Shown here piece by piece: positions 27,906 through 36,598 of a DNA stretch of 37,008 nucleotides. The position numbers and the translations under genes are program-made. Location: assembly GCA_964531745.1 (NCBI GenBank), contig CAZHFX010000002.1:17151-54158 (forward strand). Reading direction: 5' to 3'. The notes beneath the pieces were generated by a model, which did no database searches, was not told the DNA's origin, and saw only the letters and a program-made list of their open reading frames with translations. Numbering within the stretch: position 1 is the stretch's first letter; each line of letters opens with the position of its first letter. Source of the stretch: an uncultured Gammaproteobacteria bacterium. Its GTDB lineage: Bacteria; Patescibacteriota; Patescibacteriia; Magasanikbacterales; GWA2-37-8.

Positions 27906-29654
27906 TTATCTCGCCACAACCGTCGCTCCGGCAGTCGAACCGCGGTCGGTTGGGCCGAGAATATTGGTGAGAGACGGCCCGGTTAGTTGGAAGTTTTTGC
28001 CGACCGTATCATCGGTAGCTGTTAGGGTTATATCTTTGGTGATGGTTAAGGTTTCTCCGAGTTGGTTTGGGGTCGGGCGCAATGCCACTTCAAAATATAA
28101 GCCGGCAGAACTGCGGGCCGGAATAAGCCGGTAATGCCAGGAAACAGTTTTGCTGGTTGAGTTGTAAACGAGCTCTGGCCCGATAGTAACACTCTGCCGG
28201 CCGGTGAATTCCACGCCTGGAGGGAGAACAAGCGCAAGGGTGGCGTCGCGGAGCGGATTGGCGGTATTGGTAAATTGGACAAATATCCAGTATTTGGTGG
28301 CTTCACCAACTGTTGGCGGCAAAGGGCCACGTCCCAGTTGGTCGCCTTCGTCGGTGTAGTAGCGCACTTCGCTTTTCAAGGCAACTTCAGTGGCCAGTGG
28401 AATATGTATGGCCTTGCCGGTTTCAGAAAATTTTTGTCCCGGTACTTCGGTGGCATCACCTTCAAATATTGGCGTGAGGGTAAAAGAGTCGGCGTCGTTT
28501 GCGGTAGTAAAAGCCGGCAAGAGCGTAAAATTAACCGTAAAGGTGTCGCCAGACCCGCGGCCTCCGCTCGCGAGCGCGGTTCGGTTTGAGCTGTCGGCGA
28601 TTAGGGCGTTCCCTTCAATTTTTAAATTGTTTTCCAGGGCAGTGGTTTTTAGATCTACCAGGCCGGGAGTGGTGGCGAGGCGCAGGCGTTGCGCTTTGAG
28701 AGAGTAGTCGCTGTCGTTGCGCCAGCTGACGATGATTGGTATTTTCTGCGTTGGCTCCGCGTAAGCGACCGGTTCAGCCAGCCGAGCCGAAGACGCGACA
28801 CGCGGAGCGATAATGGTAATTTTAGTTTGCACTGGTGTTTGCGCGATAGGGCGATTATTAACAAGAGCCGCCGGGGTGATGGTGAATACGATGTTGGCAG
28901 TTTTTTCCGGCACGGCCAAGCGTCCAGTGATAGTTTTTGTTTCCTGCCGTGCCAGTGAAAATGTCGTAGCGTCCGGCTGGTCAAAGGCGGCGTTGCCTCC
29001 GGTGACGTTTAGCTGTATTTCTTCAATAGCAACAGCGCCGGTATTTTGCAGAGTGTACGTAAATGGCAAAGAAGCACTGGGAAAGGTTGACGATGCGATA
29101 ACGAGGCGCGGACGAAGAACACTCTCCGGAAGCGACAGAAGAAAACTGGTGAGCGCCTGTTCGCGCTCCTCGCTCTTTTCTTGTTTATACGAAAAGGTCC
29201 CAAAAATATTTTCTTCGTGTTGGGGCATTGCCCACAAACGTCCGGTGACCGTTATTTGACCTTTTCCTCCGGGCGGGACAGGTGGAATAGTAAATGTTGA
29301 GTTGTTGGAAAAAACGGATTCCGGGGTGGCCTGTCGGTTAATGACAAAGCCCTCGGGCAGACGAAGAGCCAACGCCACATCGGTGAGCAGATGTTTGCTG
29401 TGGTTGGCATAGTCAACAGTGAGGCGTACTTCTTCGCCGCTTTTGATTCTGTTACCGCCCACCGACATGGATAGCTCTATGAGATTGGCGATGCCCGGTT
29501 TCCAGAAGAAGAACCACAGGCTCGTGCCGAGCATGAGTGTAGCTAACAGTAGCAGGACAATATCAAAAATAAATAATTGTTTGGCGTGGTGATAAATACC
29601 ATGGTAGCGAGCGTGGTAATGGCGATGAAAGAAGGAGTAAATTTTTTTGAGCAT
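27906..29654 (-). CDS. Membrane-anchored protein with tandem DUF11/Ig-like domains
   Basis: N-terminal TM; repeated G-x4-Y-x-N...L-x-LP-x-G patterns; GPLPPTVGEATKYWI. Likely start is ATG 29654. Confidence 0.75.
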   Translation of the reverse strand: MLKKIYSFFHRHYHARYHGIYHHAKQLFIFDIVLLLLATLMLGTSLWFFFWKPGIANLIELSMSVGGNRIKSGEEVRLTVDYANHSKHLLTDVALALRLPEGFVINRQATPESVFSNNSTFTIPPVPPGGKGQITVTGRLWAMPQHEENIFGTFSYKQEKSEEREQALTSFLLSLPESVLRPRLVIASSTFPSASLPFTYTLQNTGAVAIEEIQLNVTGGNAAFDQPDATTFSLARQETKTITGRLAVPEKTANIVFTITPAALVNNRPIAQTPVQTKITIIAPRVASSARLAEPVAYAEPTQKIPIIVSWRNDSDYSLKAQRLRLATTPGLVDLKTTALENNLKIEGNALIADSSNRTALASGGRGSGDTFTVNFTLLPAFTTANDADSFTLTPIFEGDATEVPGQKFSETGKAIHIPLATEVALKSEVRYYTDEGDQLGRGPLPPTVGEATKYWIFVQFTNTANPLRDATLALVLPPGVEFTGRQSVTIGPELVYNSTSKTVSWHYRLIPARSSAGLYFEVALRPTPNQLGETLTITKDITLTATDDTVGKNFQLTGPSLTNILGPTDRGSTAGATVVAR

Positions 29655-29708
29655 ATGGTGAATTATATTGGTATAGAGAGGTAAAGTCAAATAAAAAACC
29701 CTTGGCTT

Positions 29709-30068
29709 TTAAGCTAAGGGTTTTGTGCTGGTATCGGTTGCCGTGTTGGTTGTTGAAGTGTCAGGCGGTAAAATTTTAGGGACAGACTTCGGGTTGGGGG
29801 AGAACAGCGGATTTTTGATTTTCCACTTATCCACAAATTGTCCGATTCCCTTTTGGGCCAGTTTATTGCGGACGGTAGTGTGGTGTTGCGACCATTTAAC
29901 CAGGCTTTCAAAGTTTATTTTGTATCGTCCGGCTACTATGACATAGGTCACTTCTTGAGCTTGAATAGCGCGGCGGACGGTTTGGGTGTTAACCCCAAAA
30001 AGGCGAGCGGCCTCTGAAATTGAGACCCGGACCATTTCTTTAGATTTGTTTATTTTAACGTCATCCAT
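29709..30068 (-). CDS. Excisionase/MerR-like (HTH_17-type) DNA-binding protein
   Basis: SISEAARLFGVNTQTVRRAI...GRYKI winged HTH. The ORF-track TTG start at 30125 coincides with the -35 box, so ATG 30068 (or 30035) is preferred. Confidence 0.8.
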   Translation of the reverse strand: MDDVKINKSKEMVRVSISEAARLFGVNTQTVRRAIQAQEVTYVIVAGRYKINFESLVKWSQHHTTVRNKLAQKGIGQFVDKWKIKNPLFSPNPKSVPKILPPDTSTTNTATDTSTKPLA

Positions 30069-30073
30069 ATCTA

Positions 30074-30264
30074 TTTGTATAGAGTAGTCTAGACAAAGAC
30101 TAGCATATATTCTTTTGTTTGTCAAGATTTTATGGGCTGGTTTTCATTTTTTTGTATACACTAGTGTATACAAATTTTAGTTTTTTACTTATAAAATAGG
30201 CCTTTTCCTCGTCGGAGTGCCATTATTCAAGTTTGTATACACTAGTGTATACAAACTTGAATAA
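30074..30264. repeat. Three copies of the 24-bp palindrome TTTGTATACACTAGTGTATACAAA
   Basis: 30074-97 (20/24 match), 30151-74 (perfect), and 30232-55 (perfect, inside a 42-bp perfect palindrome at 30223-30264). Confidence 0.95.
30097..30125 (-). promoter_or_regulatory. Promoter of HTH gene: TTGACA-N17-TAGTCT (minus strand)
   Basis: Plus-strand TGTCAA at 30120-25 and AGACTA at 30097-30102. Confidence 0.65.
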
Positions 30265-30486
30265 CTTTGCTTGTTGCTTTTCCCACGGCAAGTCGTGTCG
30301 GGGGGGGGCGGTCGCCTACGGCGACCTCAAGATGACAGCGAGCAAAATCTTATGTATGGTCGTTTAGGACGCTGTTTATTTGACCTGTCAGTGATTTTTT
30401 GTTATTCTGTATGTTGTAGTTTACTTGTTTTGGTAGGCATTTTTTAGTTAAAGTAGTGTTACTTTAAAGGAAATTGGAAATGGCAG

Positions 30487-30514
30487 TGTAACACTTTTAT
30501 TTTTTTTACGTCTA
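30487..30514 (+). promoter_or_regulatory. ECF-sigma autoregulatory promoter TGTAAC-N16-CGTC
   Basis: Matches the SigX/SigW-type consensus, and the predicted TSS falls at about the ATG (30520). A sigma70-type TTGACC-N17-TATTCT also lies at 30380-30408. Confidence 0.75.
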
Positions 30515-30519
30515 CTAGA

Positions 30520-31077
30520 ATGTCCGGTACTTTACAAGAGAAAATTCTCCTGTTCAAATTACAAATAGAGCAAGATCCGGAAGCCTTCGCCGCTCTCTAT
30601 GATATATATGTAAAACGAATTTACCGGTTTGTTTATTTTAAGGTTTCGTCGCACGAGGAAGCGGAAGACATAACGTCGGAAGTATTTCTTAAAGCGTGGC
30701 ATTTTTTACAGGAAAAAAAAGAAGTGAAAAGTTTTTCTGGTCTGCTCTATCGGGTCGCGCGTAATTGTATTATTGATTTGTATAGAAGAAAGGCGGCCAA
30801 ACCAGAAACAGCATTGTCTAATTTTTTGGAAGAGGCGCTAGAAATAGGCGATAGAGGACAATGGTACGCCGATGTTGGAGGAAAAATGGAAGCACAGCAA
30901 ATCATTGAAGTTTTAAAGAAATTGAAACAAGAATATCGGGAAGTGGTAACGTTGCGCTATGTTGATGAACTGGAAATAGATGAAATCGCGGAAATAGTGG
31001 GAAAAACAAAAATGGCGGTGCGTGTCACCCTTCACCGAGCGATAAAAAAAATTCGGGAAATTTTACCCGAAAATTAA
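30520..31077 (+). CDS. ECF RNA polymerase sigma factor
   Basis: AFAALY..Y...IYRFV, AEDITSEVFLKAW, LYRVARN..ID..R; region 4 EIAEIVGKT..AVRVTLHRA. Confidence 0.95.
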   Translation: MSGTLQEKILLFKLQIEQDPEAFAALYDIYVKRIYRFVYFKVSSHEEAEDITSEVFLKAWHFLQEKKEVKSFSGLLYRVARNCIIDLYRRKAAKPETALSNFLEEALEIGDRGQWYADVGGKMEAQQIIEVLKKLKQEYREVVTLRYVDELEIDEIAEIVGKTKMAVRVTLHRAIKKIREILPEN

Positions 31078-31080
31078 TCT

Positions 31081-32397
31081 ATGCGGGAACGCGTTATTGA
31101 ACAATTGAAACGGTTGCAACACGGAAGTGTAAACCCCCAAACCGATTGGGAGGCGCGGAATCGCGCTTTGCTTTTGTCCCAGATAAAAAATACCCTGCCG
31201 GAGAGTTTGTCAATTAAATCGACAGAAAGAATGTGGGCTGGCTTGTCTATTTTTATTCCGAAGCCGCTAGTATATAATGTGGTGCGCCCGGTGGCGATGT
31301 TGCTTATTGTCGTCTTGGTGGCCACCACCGCCTATTCCGGCACGGTGAAGGCATCTTATGAAACGCTTCCGGGTGATTGGCTCTATCCAGCTAAACGGGG
31401 CGTGGAAAAAACCCAAGCGGCCGTGCTTTCGGTAATCGGCAATGCAACTTCGCAGACAAAGTTGCATGTGGAGTTCGCGAAACGGCGCGCGGCGGAAACT
31501 AAACAAATAATTAATAGCACTGATCCTGACAAAGCGGCGAAAGTCGGAGAAACCGTGGCCGATTTGAAAGATGAGATGAAAAGCATTAATTCCAAGCTTG
31601 ATGAGAATAAAAGCGCTAATGTAAATTTTCAAGCCACGGTAGCGAAAGATATAAAACAGAACACCGAGCAAATTAAAAATGTCTTGCAAGACGCTAAAGA
31701 TAATTTGGCCCTGACTCCGAATGTGGAGAATAAAGTTCTTTCTCAAGAGATCAGCGAAACTAAAGATTTGGTAAAGGATGTTTCGGTGAAGGCGATGGAA
31801 GTGCTCGTAACCAAGCATCTTGAAGGCGATACGAGTGTTTCTAAAGAGGAAGTAAAAAAAGAAATCAGCAGCGCCCTGCAAACGTCGGTGGATGATGTTG
31901 GCGTGTCCAAACAAAATGTAGACGGCGCCAAGATTATTTTAGAGAGCATGAGAGGCGCGGTTCAAGATTTGAAGAGTGAAGCTCAAAAACAAAATAATAT
32001 TGATTTAGTATCAAGCACCAAAGCTTTTTCTGATAAAGTTTCTACCGCGGCCAACCAAACAGTAGCGGCGGTTTTAAAGACCGAAGCGGTGTCGGTGGAG
32101 CTGGACAAAAAGGTTAATGAAGCTAACGATTTTATGAATAAAGATGATTTGGCGCAGGCTGTGGATAAGGTGCGGGAAGCCAACCAAGCCTCCAAAGATG
32201 CGGAGAAGATATCTGATACGGCGATTGAAAAAACCCAGACATTTTTGCCGATCGTGCAGGTAATTAAGGACAGCTCCGCGGCAACCACCACTGTTCAAAG
32301 CATTGGCAAAGATTTGCCCCCGCTGATCGTGACGACCACGCCGGTTTCCGCTGTTAGCGCGACTCCCGTTGTGATTCCGATTTTATTAAAAAATTAA
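31081..32397 (+). CDS. Putative anti-sigma factor with DUF5667-like domain
   Basis: Starts 3 nt after the sigma gene; short cytoplasmic N-terminus, one TM, TLPGDWLYPAKRGVE...FAKRRAAE motif, then a coiled coil. Confidence 0.75.
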   Translation: MRERVIEQLKRLQHGSVNPQTDWEARNRALLLSQIKNTLPESLSIKSTERMWAGLSIFIPKPLVYNVVRPVAMLLIVVLVATTAYSGTVKASYETLPGDWLYPAKRGVEKTQAAVLSVIGNATSQTKLHVEFAKRRAAETKQIINSTDPDKAAKVGETVADLKDEMKSINSKLDENKSANVNFQATVAKDIKQNTEQIKNVLQDAKDNLALTPNVENKVLSQEISETKDLVKDVSVKAMEVLVTKHLEGDTSVSKEEVKKEISSALQTSVDDVGVSKQNVDGAKIILESMRGAVQDLKSEAQKQNNIDLVSSTKAFSDKVSTAANQTVAAVLKTEAVSVELDKKVNEANDFMNKDDLAQAVDKVREANQASKDAEKISDTAIEKTQTFLPIVQVIKDSSAATTTVQSIGKDLPPLIVTTTPVSAVSATPVVIPILLKN

Positions 32398-32408
32398 GTA
32401 TTTATTCA

Positions 32409-32467
32409 TTTCTCTCTCCCAGTTTGGCGCGAAAACGCGCGTCGCGCACCAAACTGGGAGAGAGAAA
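32409..32467. repeat. Perfect 19-bp inverted repeat at the start of the S-layer leader
   Basis: TTTCTCTCTCCCAGTTTGG / CCAAACTGGGAGAGAGAAA. Confidence 0.9.
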
Positions 32468-32629
32468 ATAGTTAACCATAAGGCCAGCGCTTAAAGGTCG
32501 AAAGTCGCGTATGCGATTTGCCTGCCTTCCTGTGGGCCTCGGCGCAAGCTGGGACCGCAAGCTCTAGTCAATTGATCCCGAGTTACTCGAGACGCAATTG
32601 CCTAGCAGCATTAAATTGCTAAATTATTT

Positions 32630-35600
32630 ATGTCAAATGTATTAAAGTTAGGAAAGAAAGTCCTGACCGTTAGTACTGTCTTTACCACCATGTTATGGTC
32701 GGTTGGCGTAGCGAGCTTGGTGCCAGCAGTGGCTCAGGCGGCTGCCTGCCCCTCTTTCAGCTCTGGTGATATGGTGAAAGTGACTGGGAAACCAGCCATT
32801 TACTCCGTAGACAGCAACGGCAAGCTGCTTTACTTCCCCAGTGGCGATGAGTTCAAAAGTTGGAATGTAGACAACAAATATAGCGGTTACACCACTATTT
32901 CACAAGAGTGTTTTGACGCTCTGCCAATTCCAGTCAATGCTCCATACGGAGTCGGTTTCCGACCGGGCTCTTACACTCTCAAACGCGCTTCATCTGATCA
33001 ATTATACGTTGTAGAGCCGGGCAACAAACTGGCAAAAATTACGGTGGCTGCCGCTAACGCGCTCTATGGAATGGGTCACAAGACTTTTACGATCGCTGAT
33101 GTGTTTTGGCCAAATTATGGCAATGACCGCGGCGTTGAAGTAACTGAATCCAAAGTGCACCCAGGCATGCTCGTCAAAAATGGCGGCAAGAATTGGTATG
33201 TTGACGCCGACAGCAAATTGCGCGAAGTTTCTGACACCGGTTTCACTGCCAACCGCTTCAAGACAGCGTTTGTGCGCGCGGCGACCGATGATATGATTGC
33301 TGGTTTGAGCGTTGGCGAAAAAATTGACGCCCTCGTGGCATCAGTCGCTGATCGTTCCCAGACTGGCGGTGGATCAAGCTCTACTACGGCTACTACTACG
33401 ACCACCACCACCACTACAACCACCACTCCGGCCCCAGTGGCAACCACCACCGGCAGTTTGACCGTAGCTCTCGCTTCAGACAATCCAGTCGCGGCTACGA
33501 TCGTTTCTGATTCCGGCACGAACGGCGCCCAGTCCATGATTCCGGTTCTCAAGTTGAATCTCACGGCCGCGGGCGGCGAAGCTAAAATCACAAGCATCAA
33601 GCTTGTTCGTTCTGGTATTTCCGCTGATACTGATATCAGCAATATGTACCTTTACGATGGCGAAACGCAAGTTGTTAGCAACCCGAGTGTTTCCAACAAC
33701 AGCATCACATTTACCAAGAGCGCTGGCATCGTAACGATTGCTTCCGGAGCCAGCAAGACCCTGGTGGCTAAGTTGGATTTGAAGAATGCTGTAACAGCTG
33801 GCAAGGAGTTCGTTTTCTCGGTAGACGCTGGAACTGATGTCGTTGTGTCCGGCGGCGGAACGGTGAGCGGGACCTTCCCAGTAAAGAGCAATGTCTTTAC
33901 TTCTGCCGCAGTTTCTGATCTTGGCAAACTTGTGTTTACCAACGTCAGCCCAACGGCCGCTGGCACAGTTGATCCAGGCACCACTGGTTTTGAAATCTGG
34001 AGATTCACGGCGGCTAGCACCAACCAGGACATGCAAATCCGCAAGATCGTTCTCACCATGGTTGGTTCAATCAATGTTGGCGACCTTCAGAATTTCAGTC
34101 TCTGGGACGGATCCACGCAGATTGGTTCCACGGTAGTTGATATGGATTCCAGTAAGCTTGTTACGTTGGATTTAAGCGCGGCTCCATATTTGGTGACCAA
34201 AGGCCAAACCAAGACCTTGAGTCTCAAGGCTGACGTCGTGGCCGGCACCAACCGCACTTTTTACGCCTCTTTCCAGAATTCCGGCGATATCGTTTCCTAT
34301 GACAAGAACTATGGGGTGTTTGTCAAAACGAACGGCACTGACACTTTCACGGTTCTTTCGCCAGTAACCGGAACTACCGCAGTAAGTTACACTATCAACA
34401 CCGGTAGCTTAACCCAGACTTTGTCCGCTGACTCGCCGACCGGCAACATCGCCGATGGCGCGACCAATGTTACATTAGCCAAATTCCTCTGGAAAGCGAA
34501 CGGCGAGGATATCAAAGTTTCCAGCTTGAATGTGTCTTCCACTTCAAGCGGCAACTCCTTGTCCAACGTCCGTCTCTTGGTGGATGGCTCGCAGGTTGGT
34601 AGCACTATCTCCACCCTTACAGCCAATGGCGCAAGCAACAACGGTTGGGGAACATTCGGCAACAGCTTTATTATTAAAGCTGGCAAGAGCGCCGTTGTTT
34701 CTGTCGTCGCCGACACTACTCATAGCAGTGTCGCCGCGGACGAAACGGTCATCGCTGGTTTCCCGGCCGGTTCAAGCAATGCCCAAGGCACCGTTTCCTT
34801 GACCAGCATTAGCTCAGTTGGCACGAATGCCAATACTTTGACCGTTAAGGCCGGCACTGTTACTGTGTCCAAGAATGCGGCCTTTGGCGATAAGAGCTCT
34901 TCAAACCCGACTGGTCCGGTCAATGCCTCGGGGGTGAAAGTCGCCTCGCTGGTCATTGTGGCTGGCGCGGGAGAAGATGTTGATCTATCACAAGTGGTTC
35001 TGCGCGATAACGCTGCCAGCACTTGTGTTGGCACTTACATGCAGAATTTGACATTGAAGGATTCCGCTGGCAAACAGCTGGGCACAACCGTGTCCAATCC
35101 GTCCACGACTTGCACGACGCAAAATTCATTCACCTATAACATTTCGCCGGTCGTTACCATTACTAACGGCGCGCAATATGTTATTGATGTGTTTGCTGAT
35201 TTGAAAGCCTCGCTTACGACCGCGACCGCGCTCTTAGATGTCAACACGATTACGGCGAGCGGCAAGACAACTGGCACTGACGCCAGCGCGACTTCCCAGA
35301 ATAAAGAGCTCCAAAATTCGTATATCTCTTCAGTTGGCAGCTTGATGATCCAAGTTGATTCCGACACCGCGGTAGCCAATAACTACCTGATGGGCGCCAC
35401 GGATCAAGTGCTTGGCAAATTCAAAATCAGCGCCTCGTCCACTGAAGCGATTAACATCACCCAGTTGGTTCTTAGCGCCGACTTCAGTTCAGCCGCTACC
35501 GGCACCATCAAGAACGTCCGCTTAGTGGATGATCTCACTGGATTGCAAATCGGCACAGCCGTTTCATCTTTCAATGACACGGTAGCCGGTTCCAGCGCGG

Positions 35601-36466
35601 CCACTGGCACCTATTCGCACGCCACTTTCACCGGTTTGAATCTTCAGGTTAGCGCCGGCATCTCCAAGACCGTTCAGGTGAAAGCCGATATTACCACTTA
35701 TGTGGATGGCGGCTATACAACCACTGGCCAAAAGGTAGGTTTGGCTGTATTAGCGGCGTATACCGGCGTGGTGAGCGGGACTAACCCGATTACCGCGACC
35801 GGCGCTTCTTCCGGAAGCACGGTTACCGCTACAGTTTCCAACAGCGGAACTATCAACAACTATGGCACATCAGCCGCGGCCGGCCCGTTGATGGGCGGCG
35901 CGTATGTTGCCACAGCGACGTTGTATCGCGCCAAACTAACTACAGCCTGGTCCACGGATACTCCAAGCGGAGCCGCTTCCCCAGGGACTAGCCAGACCGT
36001 TGCTAAGTTCGTGGTTACGAACCTGGCCAACGCCGGTTCGTACACCGCTACAGTGAACCTTGTCAACTTTGATCTTTCCACCACTATTTCCGCCGCGGTT
36101 GGCACCAATTCCACCCGCGCGTTGACAGTGTACAAAGATTCATTGGCAACCACCGCGCTTGCTACCAGCAATTTTGCGGCTGCCGAGAAGTTTGATGGCA
36201 CGGGTCCTTCTGGATCTGTCGCCGCCGCGTCAACCAGGATTGCCGAAAGCGACTTTACTGACGTAGACATTGCGTCAGGGGCCAGCAAGACTTTCTACGT
36301 AACGCTTGATACTTCGGATGCGGCAAGCACCAAGTCTCTCTCAATACGTATTCCGGCTGGCACCGCGAGCAGCAACCTCGGCTTCCTCTGGACTGATGGC
36401 GTGAGCACCAGTCTCACCGCCATGGGCGCCGATCTGCCGCTCCTGTATAAGACCTTCACTTACTAG
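32630..36466 (+). CDS. Large secreted S-layer-like protein with tandem beta-sandwich domains
   Basis: Signal peptide ending AQA; Ser/Thr/Gly/Ala/Val-rich; poly-Thr linker; repeated ~150-170-aa units (GSL.V....P...KF...A..E.......L...D.......G..KT....D); C/T-ending codon bias. Confidence 0.75.
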   Translation: MSNVLKLGKKVLTVSTVFTTMLWSVGVASLVPAVAQAAACPSFSSGDMVKVTGKPAIYSVDSNGKLLYFPSGDEFKSWNVDNKYSGYTTISQECFDALPIPVNAPYGVGFRPGSYTLKRASSDQLYVVEPGNKLAKITVAAANALYGMGHKTFTIADVFWPNYGNDRGVEVTESKVHPGMLVKNGGKNWYVDADSKLREVSDTGFTANRFKTAFVRAATDDMIAGLSVGEKIDALVASVADRSQTGGGSSSTTATTTTTTTTTTTTPAPVATTTGSLTVALASDNPVAATIVSDSGTNGAQSMIPVLKLNLTAAGGEAKITSIKLVRSGISADTDISNMYLYDGETQVVSNPSVSNNSITFTKSAGIVTIASGASKTLVAKLDLKNAVTAGKEFVFSVDAGTDVVVSGGGTVSGTFPVKSNVFTSAAVSDLGKLVFTNVSPTAAGTVDPGTTGFEIWRFTAASTNQDMQIRKIVLTMVGSINVGDLQNFSLWDGSTQIGSTVVDMDSSKLVTLDLSAAPYLVTKGQTKTLSLKADVVAGTNRTFYASFQNSGDIVSYDKNYGVFVKTNGTDTFTVLSPVTGTTAVSYTINTGSLTQTLSADSPTGNIADGATNVTLAKFLWKANGEDIKVSSLNVSSTSSGNSLSNVRLLVDGSQVGSTISTLTANGASNNGWGTFGNSFIIKAGKSAVVSVVADTTHSSVAADETVIAGFPAGSSNAQGTVSLTSISSVGTNANTLTVKAGTVTVSKNAAFGDKSSSNPTGPVNASGVKVASLVIVAGAGEDVDLSQVVLRDNAASTCVGTYMQNLTLKDSAGKQLGTTVSNPSTTCTTQNSFTYNISPVVTITNGAQYVIDVFADLKASLTTATALLDVNTITASGKTTGTDASATSQNKELQNSYISSVGSLMIQVDSDTAVANNYLMGATDQVLGKFKISASSTEAINITQLVLSADFSSAATGTIKNVRLVDDLTGLQIGTAVSSFNDTVAGSSAATGTYSHATFTGLNLQVSAGISKTVQVKADITTYVDGGYTTTGQKVGLAVLAAYTGVVSGTNPITATGASSGSTVTATVSNSGTINNYGTSAAAGPLMGGAYVATATLYRAKLTTAWSTDTPSGAASPGTSQTVAKFVVTNLANAGSYTATVNLVNFDLSTTISAAVGTNSTRALTVYKDSLATTALATSNFAAAEKFDGTGPSGSVAAASTRIAESDFTDVDIASGASKTFYVTLDTSDAASTKSLSIRIPAGTASSNLGFLWTDGVSTSLTAMGADLPLLYKTFTY

Positions 36467-36523
36467 TAGAATTAGTTTAGTGGTAGCACAGAACCATTCT
36501 TCGCCCAGAGCATTGGGCGAAAC

Positions 36524-36555
36524 ACCCCCCGACTTAGTCGGGGGGTTGTTTTTTT
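36524..36555 (+). terminator. Intrinsic terminator of the S-layer-like gene
   Basis: ACCCCCCGAC-tta-GTCGGGGGGT plus T-tract, preceded by a second hairpin TTCGCCCA/TGGGCGAA at 36500-36521. Confidence 0.85.
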
Positions 36556-36598
36556 ATCGGTTTTTCGGTAGAATAGGCGAGCACTTTATTTGTTTTGT

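Noticed and set aside
29827-29835. Perfect DnaA box TTATCCACA
   Set aside because: It lies inside the HTH coding sequence (F-V-D-K codons), is isolated, and does not form an oriC-like cluster.
25270-30068. tRNA-anchored island with excisionase
   Set aside because: No integrase, no duplicated tRNA 3' end seen, and the interval contains housekeeping metK.
30074-30264. CRISPR array or NrdR boxes
   Set aside because: There are only three fully palindromic units with 53-57-nt gaps and no cas genes; the motif does not fit the 16-bp NrdR box and no nrd genes are adjacent.
33115-36288. Many antisense ORFs within the S-layer-like gene (and similar ones in ftsZ, pyk and glyA)
   Set aside because: These are expected from codon bias on the sense strand and show no recognisable motifs.
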